From NCBI GenBank assembly GCA_964106645.2, contig OZ067053.1: a DNA stretch of 64,000 nucleotides. One strand, 5' to 3'. Each line of letters begins with the position of its first letter. The stretch's first letter is position 1. The notes below the pieces were generated by a model that did no database searches, was not told the DNA's origin, and saw nothing but the letters and a program-made list of their open reading frames with translations. This document shows positions 1-13,872 of this stretch, piece after piece. Made by a program: the position numbers and the translations under genes. This DNA is from Podarcis pityusensis (Eukaryota).

Positions 1-7
1 CTATTAA

Positions 8-175
<168 letters not shown>

Positions 176-957
176 TAGCTGTTTCCCTCCTCCAGCTGAT
201 TCTTGTGCCAGAATAAATCCAACCAATTAAATAGAAAGCCATAATTCTGTTTCCACACTACCGGCTCTTCAATTAAAGCACATCTGTAGTAAGGGTACAT
301 AGGGAAATAAAAGAGATTGGAGGTGGGGGTGGCAGGAAGGAAAAGGTATGGGAAAGGAACAAAGTGCTGAACGCCTGCACCTGCCTAATTACCAAAAGCC
401 AGGCTTGTTTCCAGGATGCCTGTTAGCCTCTATCTTTCTCCAAACTATTGAGGATTAGGAACTTTCCCCTCCTAAATCAGACTCCCTCAACATGGCGTCA
501 TTCAGATGTTTGGGGCTATAATTCTCATCTGCCCCAGCTAGTTTGGCTGTATGATTCCCAGGACTGGTGGGTAGTGCAAAGCATCTGGGGGGCACCAGGC
601 TGAGGGAGGCTGTTTTAAATGTAGGCTAAAAAAATCTGGACCACCGGCTTCTGGGTTGAATCCAATGATTTCTGCTCCCATAACGTAACTTCTCCCTCCT
701 GTACCCTCCCAGATCTGCTCCGGGGGAGGATAAGGGAACCCTCAGGGCATATATGGGGGGGAGTGCAAGGGGTATGCTGTGGGGAGGAGAGAATGTTCTG
801 CTGGATTCATGACTTCTTTGGCTGCAACCCTCTGTATCCAGTGCCAGATTCCTTTCTTGCAACTGCCCATTCCTGTGGATTCCCAGAATGCAGTACAAAC
901 TAGCTGCAAAAAGCATCCAGTTAACATGGTGCCTTTTCCAAACTCTTATTCTCTTAG

Positions 958-1031
958 CTGCACAATCGCTGCAGTCCTGGGGACTCTCGCTTGGGAGATG
1001 ACTACAATATACCACACTGGATAAACCACAG
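958..1031 (+). CDS. DEPDC5: DEPDC5 exon 2: [24 protein letters not shown]
   Basis: cttag|...ag|gtgcgt; phase 0 to 2. Confidence 0.95.
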
Positions 1032-1597
1032 GTGCGTGTTTGAAGTTGGAACTGTTGCAGCCAAGGCTCCACCTTGGGCAATGCTCACATGGGCCTGTCT
1101 TCCCTCTCTGCTTTTGGTACTTGGGACTTCTCTCTGCTCTCTCTCCCCTCTCAAACATCAGCCCTGGGCAGTCTTGTCCTCAGCCTCCACTGAGTCTGCT
1201 CTGGTGTTGCTTCGAATCCCTGTATTCCTGCATTGCTTTTCTCCTTAAAACATGGAAGGGGGGTAGTTTTGTTCCCCCCTAATCTCAGCTTGTCATTACA
1301 TGTGAATCGGAGATTGTGGGTTACAACAAACTGTGGCTAGTTTAACAAGCCAGATCCAGAAACCATGGTCTGAAGTTGAACTGTTTTGAACATAGTCAGT
1401 TTGTTGTAACCTGTAGCCTTTGGTTTATTAAGATCAGGTTGGAGATGAAATGCTACCACCGAGTCAGAAAGGAGATGGAGTGAATGTGCAAACCTGAGTC
1501 TCCCTTGGGCTTGATCCAGTTTGTGTGTGTAGTCGCCAAACCATGGTTTAGTGTTACATGCAAACAGAGCCATTGTCTTTCTTCTTCCCTTTTCCAG

Positions 1598-1667
1598 TTT
1601 CTACACCTCCAAAAGCCAGCTCCAGTGTAACAGCTTCACTCCACGGATCAAACTGGCTGCCAGGAAA
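1598..1667 (+). CDS. DEPDC5: DEPDC5 exon 3: [24 protein letters not shown]
   Basis: tttccag|...aaa|gtaagt. Confidence 0.95.
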
Positions 1668-2568
1668 GTAAGTGGGCTCTGTTAAGATGGGTCTGTCAAC
1701 CTTTTGGGGGGGGCAGTGGGCACATCAGGAAGTTGCACCAGTCACTAAACAGCTGTGTAAAAAAAAAGGATGAGCTAGGACAAGCAGGAAGAGCAAACCA
1801 TCTGCCATGCCTTGTTGATTTTTGAGGGGCTATTTACTGAGACCTTTTGTGGGCGCCATAGGAGGTACCGGTGGGCTTACTGACACCTGTGGGTCCTACT
1901 TTGGCAGTTCCTGATAGAAGAGCATTTTCCTTGACTCACTTCCTCTCCCCACACCCTTTAGCCAAGTCATGTTGTCATAGTGAGCAGCTTTATGAGTTCC
2001 GCATTGGTATGGGGGGGGGGGGGAACCTCAGCCATCAGGGGTGATCTTTATTCATTTGCTTTGGCTGATGCATGAAATGTAGCAGATGCTTCTCTGTTAA
2101 AATGCAGTCGCCACAGGCAATTTCAACCTTGCACAATTGAAAGCTGGCTGGTTGAAGCTGCATGAAATAATTGCATGCACGGTGGAGACCTTAAAAGCTC
2201 CATTTGCACCGGGTTTTCCCAGCACAGAAATTACTTTTAAGCTCTCCACTGAGCTTACTGGGCTCTAGGAGTCTCTTTCTCGACCTTGCTTGAAAAGTAA
2301 GGATAGTTGCATGGGGGTGGTTCATATATAACATGCCCCCCCTCCGGTTCATTTGTACTGTAGGCTTTTAAAACAGTAAGAGTTCACCAAGCACTTCAAT
2401 GTGAGATATTTGAGGGGGGGGTGTGCATTGGGTGACTGCATGACTTGTCAGAATATTCCTGGTCTGAATCTTATTGCTTGTAATGCAGTGACCGTTCCAT
2501 GGCCAAAACTAACTTAAGTTTCGAATGCTTTCTTTCCTTTGCCATTTTTCGGGCCGCTTGGATTCCAG

Positions 2569-2605
2569 CCGCAGAGTGAAAAACTGAAAAGCAGCAGGGA
2601 TGCCT
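2569..2605 (+). CDS. DEPDC5: DEPDC5 exon 4: PQSEKLKSSRDA
   Basis: ttccag|...t|gtgagt; 37 nt restores the phase; resembles human PASEKAKNGRDT. Confidence 0.88.
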
Positions 2606-3031
2606 GTGAGTAGTCATCCCAGGTTGTTATTGTCAAAGGGTCCTACCTCCATTGATCGTTGACAGATTGGGTTTATATCCTCCAAGGTGGCAGACACGTT
2701 TTTCCTCCTTCCCATTTTATCCTCACAACAATCCTGCAAGACAGATTCAGCTGAGAGGCAGTGAACCGGCCCAAGGTCACCCAGTGAGCTTTGTGGCTGA
2801 GTGGGGATTTGAACCCTGGTCTCCTAGGTCCCAGTCTGACACCCTAACCACTACTCCACGCTGGCTGTTAGAGGCAGTCAATGCCTCTGAGCACCCATTG
2901 CTGGGAATCCCAGGTGGGGAGATAGCTGCTGTTGCATTCAGGTCCTGTTTCCAAAGAGGCATCTGATTGGCCACTAGGAGAACAGGAAATTGGACCACAT
3001 AGGTCACCTTTCGTCTCTACCAGCAGGGGAA

Positions 3032-3792
3032 TTTTTTTTTAAATTAAAGATTTTCTTGATTTACAAAAGTGTGTGCAATGTCTCTCATATTTTTTTTCCC
3101 ATGTAACATTATTACAAATTAGTTTCTTTTTTTTAAAAAAAAAAATTTTATTGATACAACAAGAAAAAAACACACACAAATACCGAATTACACACAAGAA
3201 TAACCATAGACACATAATTTCCTTAGCAAACAATAAAACATATATTGGTCTTAACACTAAAGACCCAACCTCCCGTCTATTCCATATTTCAATATCATAT
3301 TACTTATTGCCAATACACGCTTTTATCATAATTAAACTTATTCTTAATATATCTAATTTCCTATATCTACCTTGCAACTATTACTGAAGTTCCTTGAATG
3401 CTGCAACAGAATTTTACAAATCAGTTTCATTTGTTGAGACATTAGGAAGAAAAGGGGAAAAGGGGGGAGGAAGATGGGTGGGGGTGGGTTCGGGTGGTGA
3501 TGTTTCTATTTTACCTACTATATGTAGGGTTTGGTGTCAGCGTTGCTTGTGCAGGTTCTTTGCTGTTCACTTGTGTTCCTTTGGTGGTGAGAGAGGTTGG
3601 GGTTGGACTAGGGTGTGGTTGTTCATTTGTGGTGGTCTTTGTTTTCATGTGTGAGTGGGGTGGGTGGGTGTTTTGGATCAGGTTAGCCATATTGATTTGT
3701 ATACTGTTGGTGGATTTTTGTCATTGTCTTGTTGGGCTGTGTATGTGATAAAGGGGAGCCGTACCGGGGTGAAGGCGTCGTCTTCTATTTGT
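3032..3792 (-). mobile_element. LINE 3' end with poly(A) (TSD cagcaggggaa), containing a second nested LINE tail at 3127-3413 (TSD ttacaaat(t/c)agtttc)
   Basis: TSDs at 3021-3031/3793-3803 and 3112-3126/3414-3428; poly-T leading edges. Confidence 0.75.
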
Positions 3793-3897
3793 CAGCAGGG
3801 GAAATTCTCACGCTGATATTATGCCGTTTTGCCCAAGAACAGAGACCAGGTTCTTAAAAGCTGCCCCAGTCAATAACGTGCTGTTACTGCCTTCCAG

Positions 3898-4018
3898 CTT
3901 TGGGAGCCCCGAAAGAGACAGAGAACGCTCTCCCCATCCAAGTGGATTACGATGGTTACGACGCCCAGGTTTTCCGTCTGCCGGGGCCGTCCAGAGCTCA
4001 GCGTTGTCCCATCTTCAG
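3898..4018 (+). CDS. DEPDC5: DEPDC5 exon 5: [40 protein letters not shown]
   Basis: ttccag|...ag|gtaaag. Confidence 0.95.
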
Positions 4019-4675
4019 GTAAAGAAGCTTGTGGGGCAACGAGCCAAATTGGATGGTGTGCTTGTTAGCCATTACCACAATATTACGAATCTGGAGCGCC
4101 TTTGCAGAGGGAGGGAGCGTAGATCAACACACACACACCCTTCTCCATCAGCTTCACATTTCTGCTGGGCTTCCAACCTGCATCTGCTGTTTTAACCATG
4201 AGCTCCATCAAAGCACACCTGGAAAATGGTTTCCCGCTGTAGCTTCCCATGGATTTTTTCCCCATTTCTTCTTCCTTTTTTTAAAAAAACCCTTCATAAT
4301 CAGCTTACTGTGATTGGTTAATTCAGGGGTGGGGAACCTTTTTTACTCTGAGGGCCACATTCCCTTCCGGGCAGCTTGCTGAGGGCCATGTGCAGAGAAG
4401 CAAATGCTACATTTGTCGATGTAGGCTTATTTCTGAACACTTAACACCATCAAAGTTTTCAGGAGCACATCTCAGCCAGGCAAAAATGCTTAGGAAGCAA
4501 ATCAGGGCCCGCGTGGCCTGGGGAGCGTTCCAAGGGCCAGGTAGAGATTCTCTGAGGGCCACATTTGGGCCCCAGGCCTGAGGTTCCCCACCCAAGTTAA
4601 GTGACAAAAGGTCTTTGTGACATGACTGGAGCTGGGCCTCTGCCCTCCCTTCCACCTGGTGCTTTTTGCCAGCAG

Positions 4676-4899
4676 GTCCATCCGGGAACGAGAGAGCCGC
4701 CCCCGGAAAAGCTCCAGCTCCTACGACGTCTCTTGCAGTCCTTCCCTGCAGAGCCGGCCTTTGCCCCCGGAAGAGGTGAGGAGCCAGGCGTCGGACGACA
4801 GCTCCCTGGGCAAGATCTCCAACATCCTGATGATCCCCCGCCAGCACCTCCACCTCCAGTATGAAGTCAGCAGCTCCTTGGGCTACACCAGCACCCGAG
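4676..4899 (+). CDS. DEPDC5: DEPDC5 exon 6: [15 protein letters not shown]...[13 protein letters not shown]
   Basis: CAGCAG acceptor, g|gtcagg donor; lies in ORF 4659..4946. Confidence 0.93.
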
Positions 4900-5409
4900 G
4901 TCAGGATGAGGCCCGATGTGAAGCGGGAGCATTTCATTCCTTTTGAACATATCGTCTCATTTCTTACTGTGGATTATTTCATTAGACATCGCCTGCGTGT
5001 CACCTCCCAAAACATACAGGTTTCAGAAAAAAGAACATATTTTTTAAGGCGGAAGGCGGCATTTGAAATAAAAAATTATACAGGCAATTCTCATTTTGCA
5101 CGGGGGTTACGTTCTGGACGTAACCCCCGTGTCGGCAGAGCAAGCGTAAGCCCACTCTGTCTCTTTTCGTGTCCTTATGAGGTTTTTGCGCTACTTCTGG
5201 GTTCAGCGCTGTGCACATGTGCACAATTGTGCATCATTCAGACATGCCTAAACCAGTCATTGCCTGTATTTGTTTTGGTTCAGATCATGGAACCCTTTAC
5301 AATGATCGATAACACATCCTTTCCCTCTTAGAATGCTTTATTATTAAATCAGTAAATTTCATAGTTGCACCCTGTATTTCTTTATTGGCGATTATTACAA
5401 CTTAACCTT

Positions 5410-5660
5410 TGTGGGTTAAACCACAGAGCCTAGGACCTGCCAATCAGAAGGTTGGCGGTTCGAATCCCCGCGACGGGGTGAGCTCCCATTGCTCAGTCCC
5501 TGCTCCTGCCAACCTAGCAGTTCAAAAGCATGTCAAAGTGCAAGTAGATAAATAGCTACTGCTCCGGTGGGAAGGTAAACGGCCAATAAAGCGAGATGAG
5601 TGTCGCAACCCCAGAGTCGGTCACGACTGGACCTAATGGTCAGGGGTCCCTTTACCTTTA
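5410..5660 (+). mobile_element. Sauria SINE, internally deleted
   Basis: aaaccacagagcctagg...ggttcgaatccc...caggggtccctttacctt; shared with three other copies. Confidence 0.88.
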
Positions 5661-5666
5661 CTTATC

Positions 5667-5704
<38 letters not shown>
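5667..5704. repeat. (CT)n(AT)n microsatellite
   Basis: Seen directly. Confidence 0.9.
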
Positions 5705-7381
5705 CCCTTACTTTTCCTTTCATTTCTCTCCCCCCCCCCGCCCCCAAAACCTGTTTGTAGATTGTTCTGAACTGTCCCCAGAGAGGCCTCCTCACTTCCT
5801 GAGCCAGCCTTCATCCCCTTGGCTCATGGTACCCCTCCTATCTCACCTGCTCCGTCTTAAGTGCCCTTGTCCTCCTTCTCCAAATAACAGCACGTGGAGT
5901 GGGCGGCCTACTTCTCTGGCCCACTTATCAAATCATTTAAGGAGGTCAGCATAGTTGGGGAGCCCCTTGGGACCCTCCCCCCCCCCTTACAGCCTCAAAC
6001 TGTGGAAAAATTAGCGGCTGTTTTCCCAAGTGGATTTATTGTCTAATCATAGCAGCTTCTTTTTTAGGATCTCCCTTTTAAAACATCCCTGTGAGGTCCA
6101 GCATTCTCAGGGGTTAGGTAGAGAGCTGGACTTGTCTAGAGGGACTTTAAGATTCAGGGGACCTTGAGCAGGTGGTTCTTTCTCAGCTTCAGGTACCTAA
6201 AGCCTCACCGTGGCATTTTGAAGGCAAAAATATATAGCAAGAAGAAGCTAAAGATCTTGTTTCTTGCTGCTGCTTTTAGTTTAATTGTTGATTATTGTAA
6301 TCTTGCATTTATTTTAATCTTTTGCAAGCTGATTTGGGTGGTTCCCTTTCGGAGGAGGTAAAACATTTGTGCATGCATACACATCGTCGTCTAATAACTG
6401 GCCTGAAATCAGAGATCTTTGATTGAAAAAGTCATCTGTGGACAGCCAAAGAACTGCCTGTGTTAAGACTGGTGCTTTCACTAAAATAATTCCGATTAAG
6501 TTAATTCACTGAATTGGTTCAAAAGTATCCGAATTGCCCCTGCGAGTAGTTCCTATGTTTTCCAGGTAAAGTGAACATGAAATAAGTTCCCTTTGCAGTG
6601 GACCTTTCTGTGATTTTAAATTCAATTTAGTTTTGTAGCCATTGCATTTACCATTTTTACCAGTTTGAAGAGTTATGCTGCTGTGTAAGCTTAAAGGTTG
6701 CAAGGAAAAATAAATACGACAATCATTCATGTTTAATAATAATAGGAAAAAAAGATGCTAAAGAGCACTAAGTAATTAAACAGCACCCTCTGGACTTAAT
6801 GATTTTTCTTATTTCATAAAATTGATTTAAAAAAAACTAAAACTTGGTTTGTTAAAAACAAACCAATCTCAAAGCGGTTTAAGATCATTAGTAAAAACAA
6901 TTTAAATGTTCAGAAAGTTAAAACCAGCAATAAACTGAAAGCACACCAGCCATTCTAGACATCTGGGTAGGCTCAATAGGCAGGGAGTTCCAAAGTGCAG
7001 GTGCCGCCATACTAAAACATAGATGAACTTGGGTATGTTGCCTTCAAGATGGGTCCTCCTCTCCCCCCACTTTTGCCTGGGCTGGTAGAGCAAAGATGTT
7101 TACATGCCTGAGTCAGAAACGCCTCCCCACCATTCCTGCCCCTCAATGGGGCACAATCTCCTTTGAAGCTGTTCAGAGTAAGCCTTGTTGGGGTTAGTGG
7201 GCGCTGCGCAAAAGCACCCTGTTTGTGCCCAGTGGATTCAGTCTGTCCGTTTCCCATTACAGTCCCACCCACCCAAAAAAATCTGTGTGGGGCATGTGTC
7301 TTAACTGGCTGCTTGGTAGGTTCCTTTTGTGCCTGTCGGATTCTCCCAATTGACGGGAAGTTTTTGTTGTCGTCATTTCAG

Positions 7382-7588
7382 ATGCCCTTGAGAATATGAT
7401 GGAGACCCAGCAGCGAGACTCCAGTGCCCCAGGGAGATTTCACGTTGGGAGTGCCGAGTCCATGCTGCACATCCGTTCTGCTGGGGGCTATGCGCCGCAG
7501 AGGGCCCTCATCAACCCCTTTGCCCCCTCCAGGATGCCCATGAAACTCACATCGAACCGGAGGCGCTGGATGCACACCTTCCCCGTGG
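7382..7588 (+). CDS. DEPDC5: DEPDC5 exon 7: [27 protein letters not shown]...[10 protein letters not shown]
   Basis: tttcag|...g|gtaagg; ORF 7396..7611. Confidence 0.95.
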
Positions 7589-7674
7589 GTAAGGAGACGG
7601 AAGGCTACTAGCCACTTATTGTGGCAGAATGGGTAAGGAGACGGAAGGCTACTAGCCACTTATTGTGGCAGAAT
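7587..7674 (+). repeat. Perfect 44-bp tandem duplication spanning a DEPDC5 donor site
   Basis: gggtaaggagacggaaggctactagccacttattgtggcagaat x2. Confidence 0.95.
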
Positions 7675-7882
7675 GATTATTTGGGACTGCAGCTTCCGCC
7701 GACTCTAGCCAGCATAGCCATGTTAGCTGAGGCTGATGGAAGTTTCAGCTCAGAACATCTGGAAGTTACTAGGCTTGGGGATGCTGGGCTGGATCAGGGT
7801 TTCCCAAACTTGGGTCTCGAGCTGTTTTTGAACTACAACTCCCATCATCCTTAGCTAGTGGTCAGGAATGATGGGAATTTTA

Positions 7883-8097
7883 CAGCGGTAGCTCGGGTTA
7901 CAGATGCTTCAGGTTACAGACTCTGCTAACCCAGAAATAGTACCTCGGGTTAAGAACTTTGCTTCAGGATGAGAACAGAAATCGTGCGGTGGCAGCGGGA
8001 GGCCCCATTAGCTAAAGTGGTGCTTCAGGTTAAGAACAGTTTCAGGTTAAGAACGGACCTCCAGAATGAATTAAGTTCTTAACCCGAGGTACCACTG
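7883..8097. mobile_element. Tc1/mariner-type MITE family A (TIR CAGTGGTACCTCGGGTTA, TA TSD)
   Basis: TA|cagcggtagctcgggtta...taacccgaggtaccactg|TA; inserted in a palindromic hAT-like MITE (about 7795-8127). Confidence 0.88.
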
Positions 8098-8230
8098 TAG
8101 TCCCAAAACAGCTGGAGACTGAGACCGTGGGTTAGATGAACTCTTTGCCTGGTCCAACAAGGTGCTTCTCATGTTTGGTTCAGGCTATTCATGTGAAAGA
8201 TTGCACCCCTTTGGCAAACTGCACATTTTT

Positions 8231-8680
<450 letters not shown>

Positions 8681-8805
8681 TGAGGCTGCCCAAAGGGAAC
8701 ACATAGGGGCGCTTTCCCCTAAACTTACAACCAAAAGTGGGTCTCATTGATAGAGCTTTCAGGTGTTAGGTCCATAGCAAGTCTGATTCCACCTCAAATT
8801 ACTCT

Positions 8806-9193
8806 TTTTGGGGGGGGCTATAGTTTTTTAATTTGATTTTTAAAAGTATAAACATACAACAAAAAACAGTTCCTAACCCAAATATTGAGATTGCTCTGAA
8901 TCTCCTGACTTCCCCCCATCCCTTCCATGGGTCCTAACGATATTTTTTTACAACTGCATATCAATACTTATCCAAATTTTTAATCCTTCTAAATTTACCA
9001 TACTTTCCATAACTTTACAAGTGTGGTTAAAATCCTGCTAATGTTTTAACCTGTTTACAAAGGTCTCGTAAATAAATTATAAACTTTTCCCATTCCTTGT
9101 TAAAGTTCTGGTCTTCTTGATTACTGAGCTTCCCAGTTAATTTTGCCATTTCGGCATAGTCCATCAACCTGGTTTGCCATTCTTCTCTGGTCG
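8806..9193 (-). mobile_element. L1-type LINE 3' end (ORF2 C-terminus REEWQTRLMDYAEMAKLTGKL...KEWEKFIIYL)
   Basis: 17-bp TSD ccacctcaaattactct at 8789-8805 and 9194-9210. Confidence 0.8.
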
Positions 9194-9477
9194 CCACCTC
9201 AAATTACTCTTCTCTTGGCCTTTGCCTACAAATGTTTGGGCTGCAGCTCATTCTGCATTAGTAAGAACTCAATCTTTCAAAATGGCAGCACATACACTTT
9301 GGAACTCCCTGCCTATTGATATCAGGTAGGAGGAGCCTTCACTGTACCTTTTTCAAACACCTGCTTAAAACCTTTTTTTAAAAAAACCCTTAAAAGCCTC
9401 TCCAGACACATAGATGTTGACATGCTTTAATCTTCTTTTACTGTTATCTTTAAAAGCTTTCCTTTCCTTCTCTCCAG

Positions 9478-9575
9478 GCATGGAGTTGCTCACCATCCAG
9501 ATGATGGCACTTCCTTCATGAGCTTCAGTGGCATGGAAGATTACTCTAACCAGCTCACTGGCAGCCATGCCACAG
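9478..9575 (+). CDS. DEPDC5: DEPDC5 exon 9: HGVAHHPDDGTSFMSFSGMEDYSNQLTGSHAT
   Basis: ctccag|...g|gtgata; phase 2 to 1 fits the neighbours; divergent but alignable to human GDGMSFLNFSGTEE. Confidence 0.85.
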
Positions 9576-10055
9576 GTGATAACGGTTGGCACAAGGCGGG
9601 TGGCAGGCGGGCTTCGGTGATGATGCAGGCCTGTTCCAAAACTGACCCATAACATACACCTGTCTGGGCATTCGTCATGGAAGAGCAAATTGCAGGGACC
9701 GTGAGCATTATGTCCCTGCAGTTAGTGCCCATGTGGTTAAACTGTGGAACTCACTCCCACAAGAACCAGTGATGGCCACCAACTTAAATTGCTTTAAAAG
9801 AGCATTAGACAAATCCATGGAGGAGAGGGCTATCAATGGCTACTAGCCATGACGGCCAAAGGCAGCATTGCTTCTGAATCCCAGTTGCTGGAAGCCTCAG
9901 TAGGGGAGAGGGCTCTTGTGCTTGAATCCTGCTTGCTGGCTTCTTCCCATTGGAGGATCTGTTTGGCCACTGTGGGAACACAAGGCTGGACTAGAAATGT
10001 TCTGTGGCTCACGAAAGCCCTCTCTGCACCTCCTGTCATGGCGAAGGTCTCTTTT

Positions 10056-10565
10056 GTCGGTGAATTTCTACTCAATATTGATCCAGAGTAGATTCCAACG
10101 TATAGTTAGCAAAGTAAAAACTTAAAACACGTTGCCGGATTCCCAAGAAAATAGACCAGAGGCAATTAATATTTCATCCAGCAGAGCTTTACTGCTACTG
10201 AAGGCAAATGTGCATAATGGTCACAAACCAGAAATCCAGTTGCAGCAGACTTAACTTAAACTTAACAATAACTAATAATAAGACTAAAACCTTAACACTA
10301 AGCGTACTATATACAGAACACCACACCAGAAGGAAAGAGAGCTAGAAAAGACTGAGACCCAGGCCTCACTATTATAGTCAGCATGACCTTGACAGAAAGA
10401 TAACAGAACCAGTTTAAACCAGCTGTGCTCTGCTTCTCTGGAGGAATAACCCAAACATCATGAACCTTCTGCTTGTTTTTTTCACACAGACGCTCCCAGA
10501 AGCTTCCAGAACCCTCTTGAATTATTAGAATAGGAAAGATCAATACTCTCTGTACTAAGAAATGC
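10056..10565. repeat. Interspersed repeat copy 1 (solo-LTR-like)
   Basis: Collinear with 19608-20252 over about 480 bp; boundaries approximate. Confidence 0.7.
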
Positions 10566-10592
10566 AAGCTGATATCTTTCCCCTTCTTTCAG

Positions 10593-10658
10593 GAATGAAT
10601 GCCCGAAGCCAGAACAAGGACTCCCTGGAGAGCGCCGTCTCTAACTCTCCAGATCCGA
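10593..10658 (+). CDS. DEPDC5: DEPDC5 exon 10: GMNARSQNKDSLESAVSNSPDP
   Basis: tttcag|...a|gtaaga. Confidence 0.92.
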
Positions 10659-12999
10659 GTAAGAGCAGTGATGACAGGGTTGGGGAGGAGGAGGTTGGTC
10701 TGTGTAGATGAGGGCAAAAGTGAGAGAAGCACTTCCAGAGTCCCAAGGGCTCCCGATCGCCTCCAGTTCCTTTTGCTCCCTCTCTCCAAAGTGGTAAGTT
10801 TTGGGATAGGGCTTTCCTTCCATCTGGGATTTTCCCATACAGAAGCTGTGGGGACACAGTCCCACAGAGGAAGGCTTCTGGTTGCTCAGTGACCGGATCT
10901 TCAGCTGTCTGGAACATCCCAGAATATTTGTCTGAGAGCGAGCAATACTAACCACAGCATTAAAATAAATCTGCCTGGGTAAGGGAACTGGTGCAAAGGG
11001 TTGTTTGACTGTCTCCTCATTTACTATCTGTGAACCACGAGCAGGGCAAATGTATTGTTAGACTAATGAATGTTGACCTGTGAGAAGTTGGGGGAGGCAG
11101 CATCCCCCTCCTGGGACCTTATCTTCCCCCCCGGCACCCCGTCTGGGTTGCTGGGTTCACCATGTCTTAATTCTAAGAACAGGGTGACATACTTAACTGG
11201 GTTTTGTGTTCCCACATACAGGAAAGCTTTCTCCTTGACACAATTGAGTGCCTTGATATTGAATCTTTTAGAAGGCAGATGTAATAAAGTTGCTGGACAG
11301 TCCTTGTAATAATGAAGAGGCAGTTTTACATCTCCTTTTCAAATGCAATTTTTATTGAGGAGGTTTGGAGGTGGATGGAGAAAACTGCTGTACCCTCTTG
11401 CACAGACTTTGCCAGGTTGCCCGTTCAGAGTCCTTTTTGGGACTGTTTTATCGAAGGGCTGCAATTCTTCAATCACAGAGTCAATTGCAAAATTCTTAAA
11501 TGGAAGGATTTTGCTTAGGCGGCCTATGATTGTTTTTTGCGTTTCCCCCTCAGAGAGCTGTGAGGCTCTTGCAAATTGCAGCCGTTCTGGGTGGAGACCA
11601 GAGCACAGTCTGTGCCCTGGGATGGAAAGAGGGAAGCTAGATTGCTCATCCTGTGGAACCTGAGTACAATTCCCACTCCACAGCGAAAAACTTTGGTCCT
11701 AGGGCTTGATCTGCCTGCCATTTAAAAGTTGGTCTCTGTGTAAATTTGCCTTCTGTTTGGATTTATTGTGCCCATCTTCTGTGATCAATAATATCTGCCA
11801 AGCCCAGAGTGTCTTGCGAGGCTCACTCCGATGCATGAATTTGCCCTTGATGGCTTAGCCTTGGGACATAGGTAGGACTTGAGGGAAGTGTTTCTCTGAG
11901 CATGTGTAGAGTGCTTTTACCACATGGATGTGGGAACCAGCCCAAGTAGCTGCTCTGACAACCCTTGTTAGCAGGAGATGAGCCCCAGGAACCCTCTCCC
12001 GGGTGCAGATGCCATTCTCCCCTTAGCTTGGCTTCTGTCAGTCATTCTGTTGAGCCAGACTTACACATCTCGAGTGTGGGAGAGGGCACTATGGGGAAAT
12101 GAGTCCCCCATCTTCGTCTCCTCCTTCTGCACCTGTCAGCTGGCTCGGAAGGTGCAAAGAATGTCCTGCCCTGGCCACTAGGCTGGGGATGCAGAGGGGC
12201 TTTTGGCCGAGAGGAGTCTCGATGCAGCCCATGCCCAGAGTGTGGAGCAACTGGCGGCTTTGATCCTGTGAGCTCTGCTTCCTTGGAAGCTGCTCCCCTT
12301 TAGGGGGAAATGGGGGGGGGGGCACTGCGCCACCAGCCATATCCTCCCATGTCTGCCTGCCTTCTTACTGGGTGGCTCTGCCTGCCTTTGGTCTGGGTGC
12401 CTCCTTCCGCCGGCCTCCCTGCCAGTTCCACCCACCGCCCCATTCCAGGCAAGGGTCACCCCAGCAAGATCCCCCTTTTCACTATTCCCCCAGATCCCTT
12501 CTTACCTCCCTGTGCTGCTCATTCTTTCCTTTTAAATTTTTTTTCCATGCTTCCTTTTCCTGCTGCTGCTGCTACTGCTGCTGCTCTAATGAGTGTGCAA
12601 CTTCTGCTGGGTGCCGGCCGCTCTGCTGCCCTCCCTTAGCCCTCCTCTCTTTCTCTGGCACTTTGACACAGGAGGGGAAGGGTCTTCACCCTCTCCTGTT
12701 CTGGGCTTGGAATACGGGTGTTGTCCTGCACTTCTTCATTCATTCGCCTCGGGATGCTTTTAATAGCTGTTGTTGTTTTTTAATTCCTGCAGCTGCTGTA
12801 TTGGTTCGAGTTTACAAATCGAAAGGCGAATTGAACTGTTAATTAACTTTATTTTTATTCCCAATTGCATGATGGGAGTGAATCGGCATGGCCACTGTGT
12901 TGTTTAACAAACTCTGTCTTTCTTTCCCTACCTTCCTCCCCTCTTCCTCGACCCCTCCTCTTACCTCATTTTCCCATCCTGAACAATTTTCATTCTCCT

Positions 13000-13177
13000 N
13001 NNNNNNNNNNNNNNNNNNNNNNNNNNNNNNNNNNNNNNNNNNNNNNNNNNNNNNNNNNNNNNNNNNNNNNNNNNNNNNNNNNNNNNNNNNNNNNNNNNNN
13101 NNNNNNNNNNNNNNNNNNNNNNNNNNNNNNNNNNNNNNNNNNNNNNNNNNNNNNNNNNNNNNNNNNNNNNNNNNNNN
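13000..13177. other. Assembly gap (178 N)
   Basis: Run of N. Confidence 1.
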
Positions 13178-13280
13178 TGGCACTTCATTCTCCTCCTCCT
13201 CCTCCTCTCTCTTTTTCTCTCTCTCTCCTTCCTCCCTCGCACTGATGCCCAACCCACCCCCATTGCCTTCCGCCCGGTGA

Positions 13281-13835
<555 letters not shown>

Positions 13836-13872
13836 TAGTCCTCTCCCCAACAAATTTGCCCAATCCTCTTTT

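Noticed and set aside
12480-12900. Possible neural microexon in the pyrimidine- and TGC-rich intron stretch (TGCATG at about 12866)
   Set aside because: I found no acceptor/donor pair giving a frame-preserving exon with a convincing donor.
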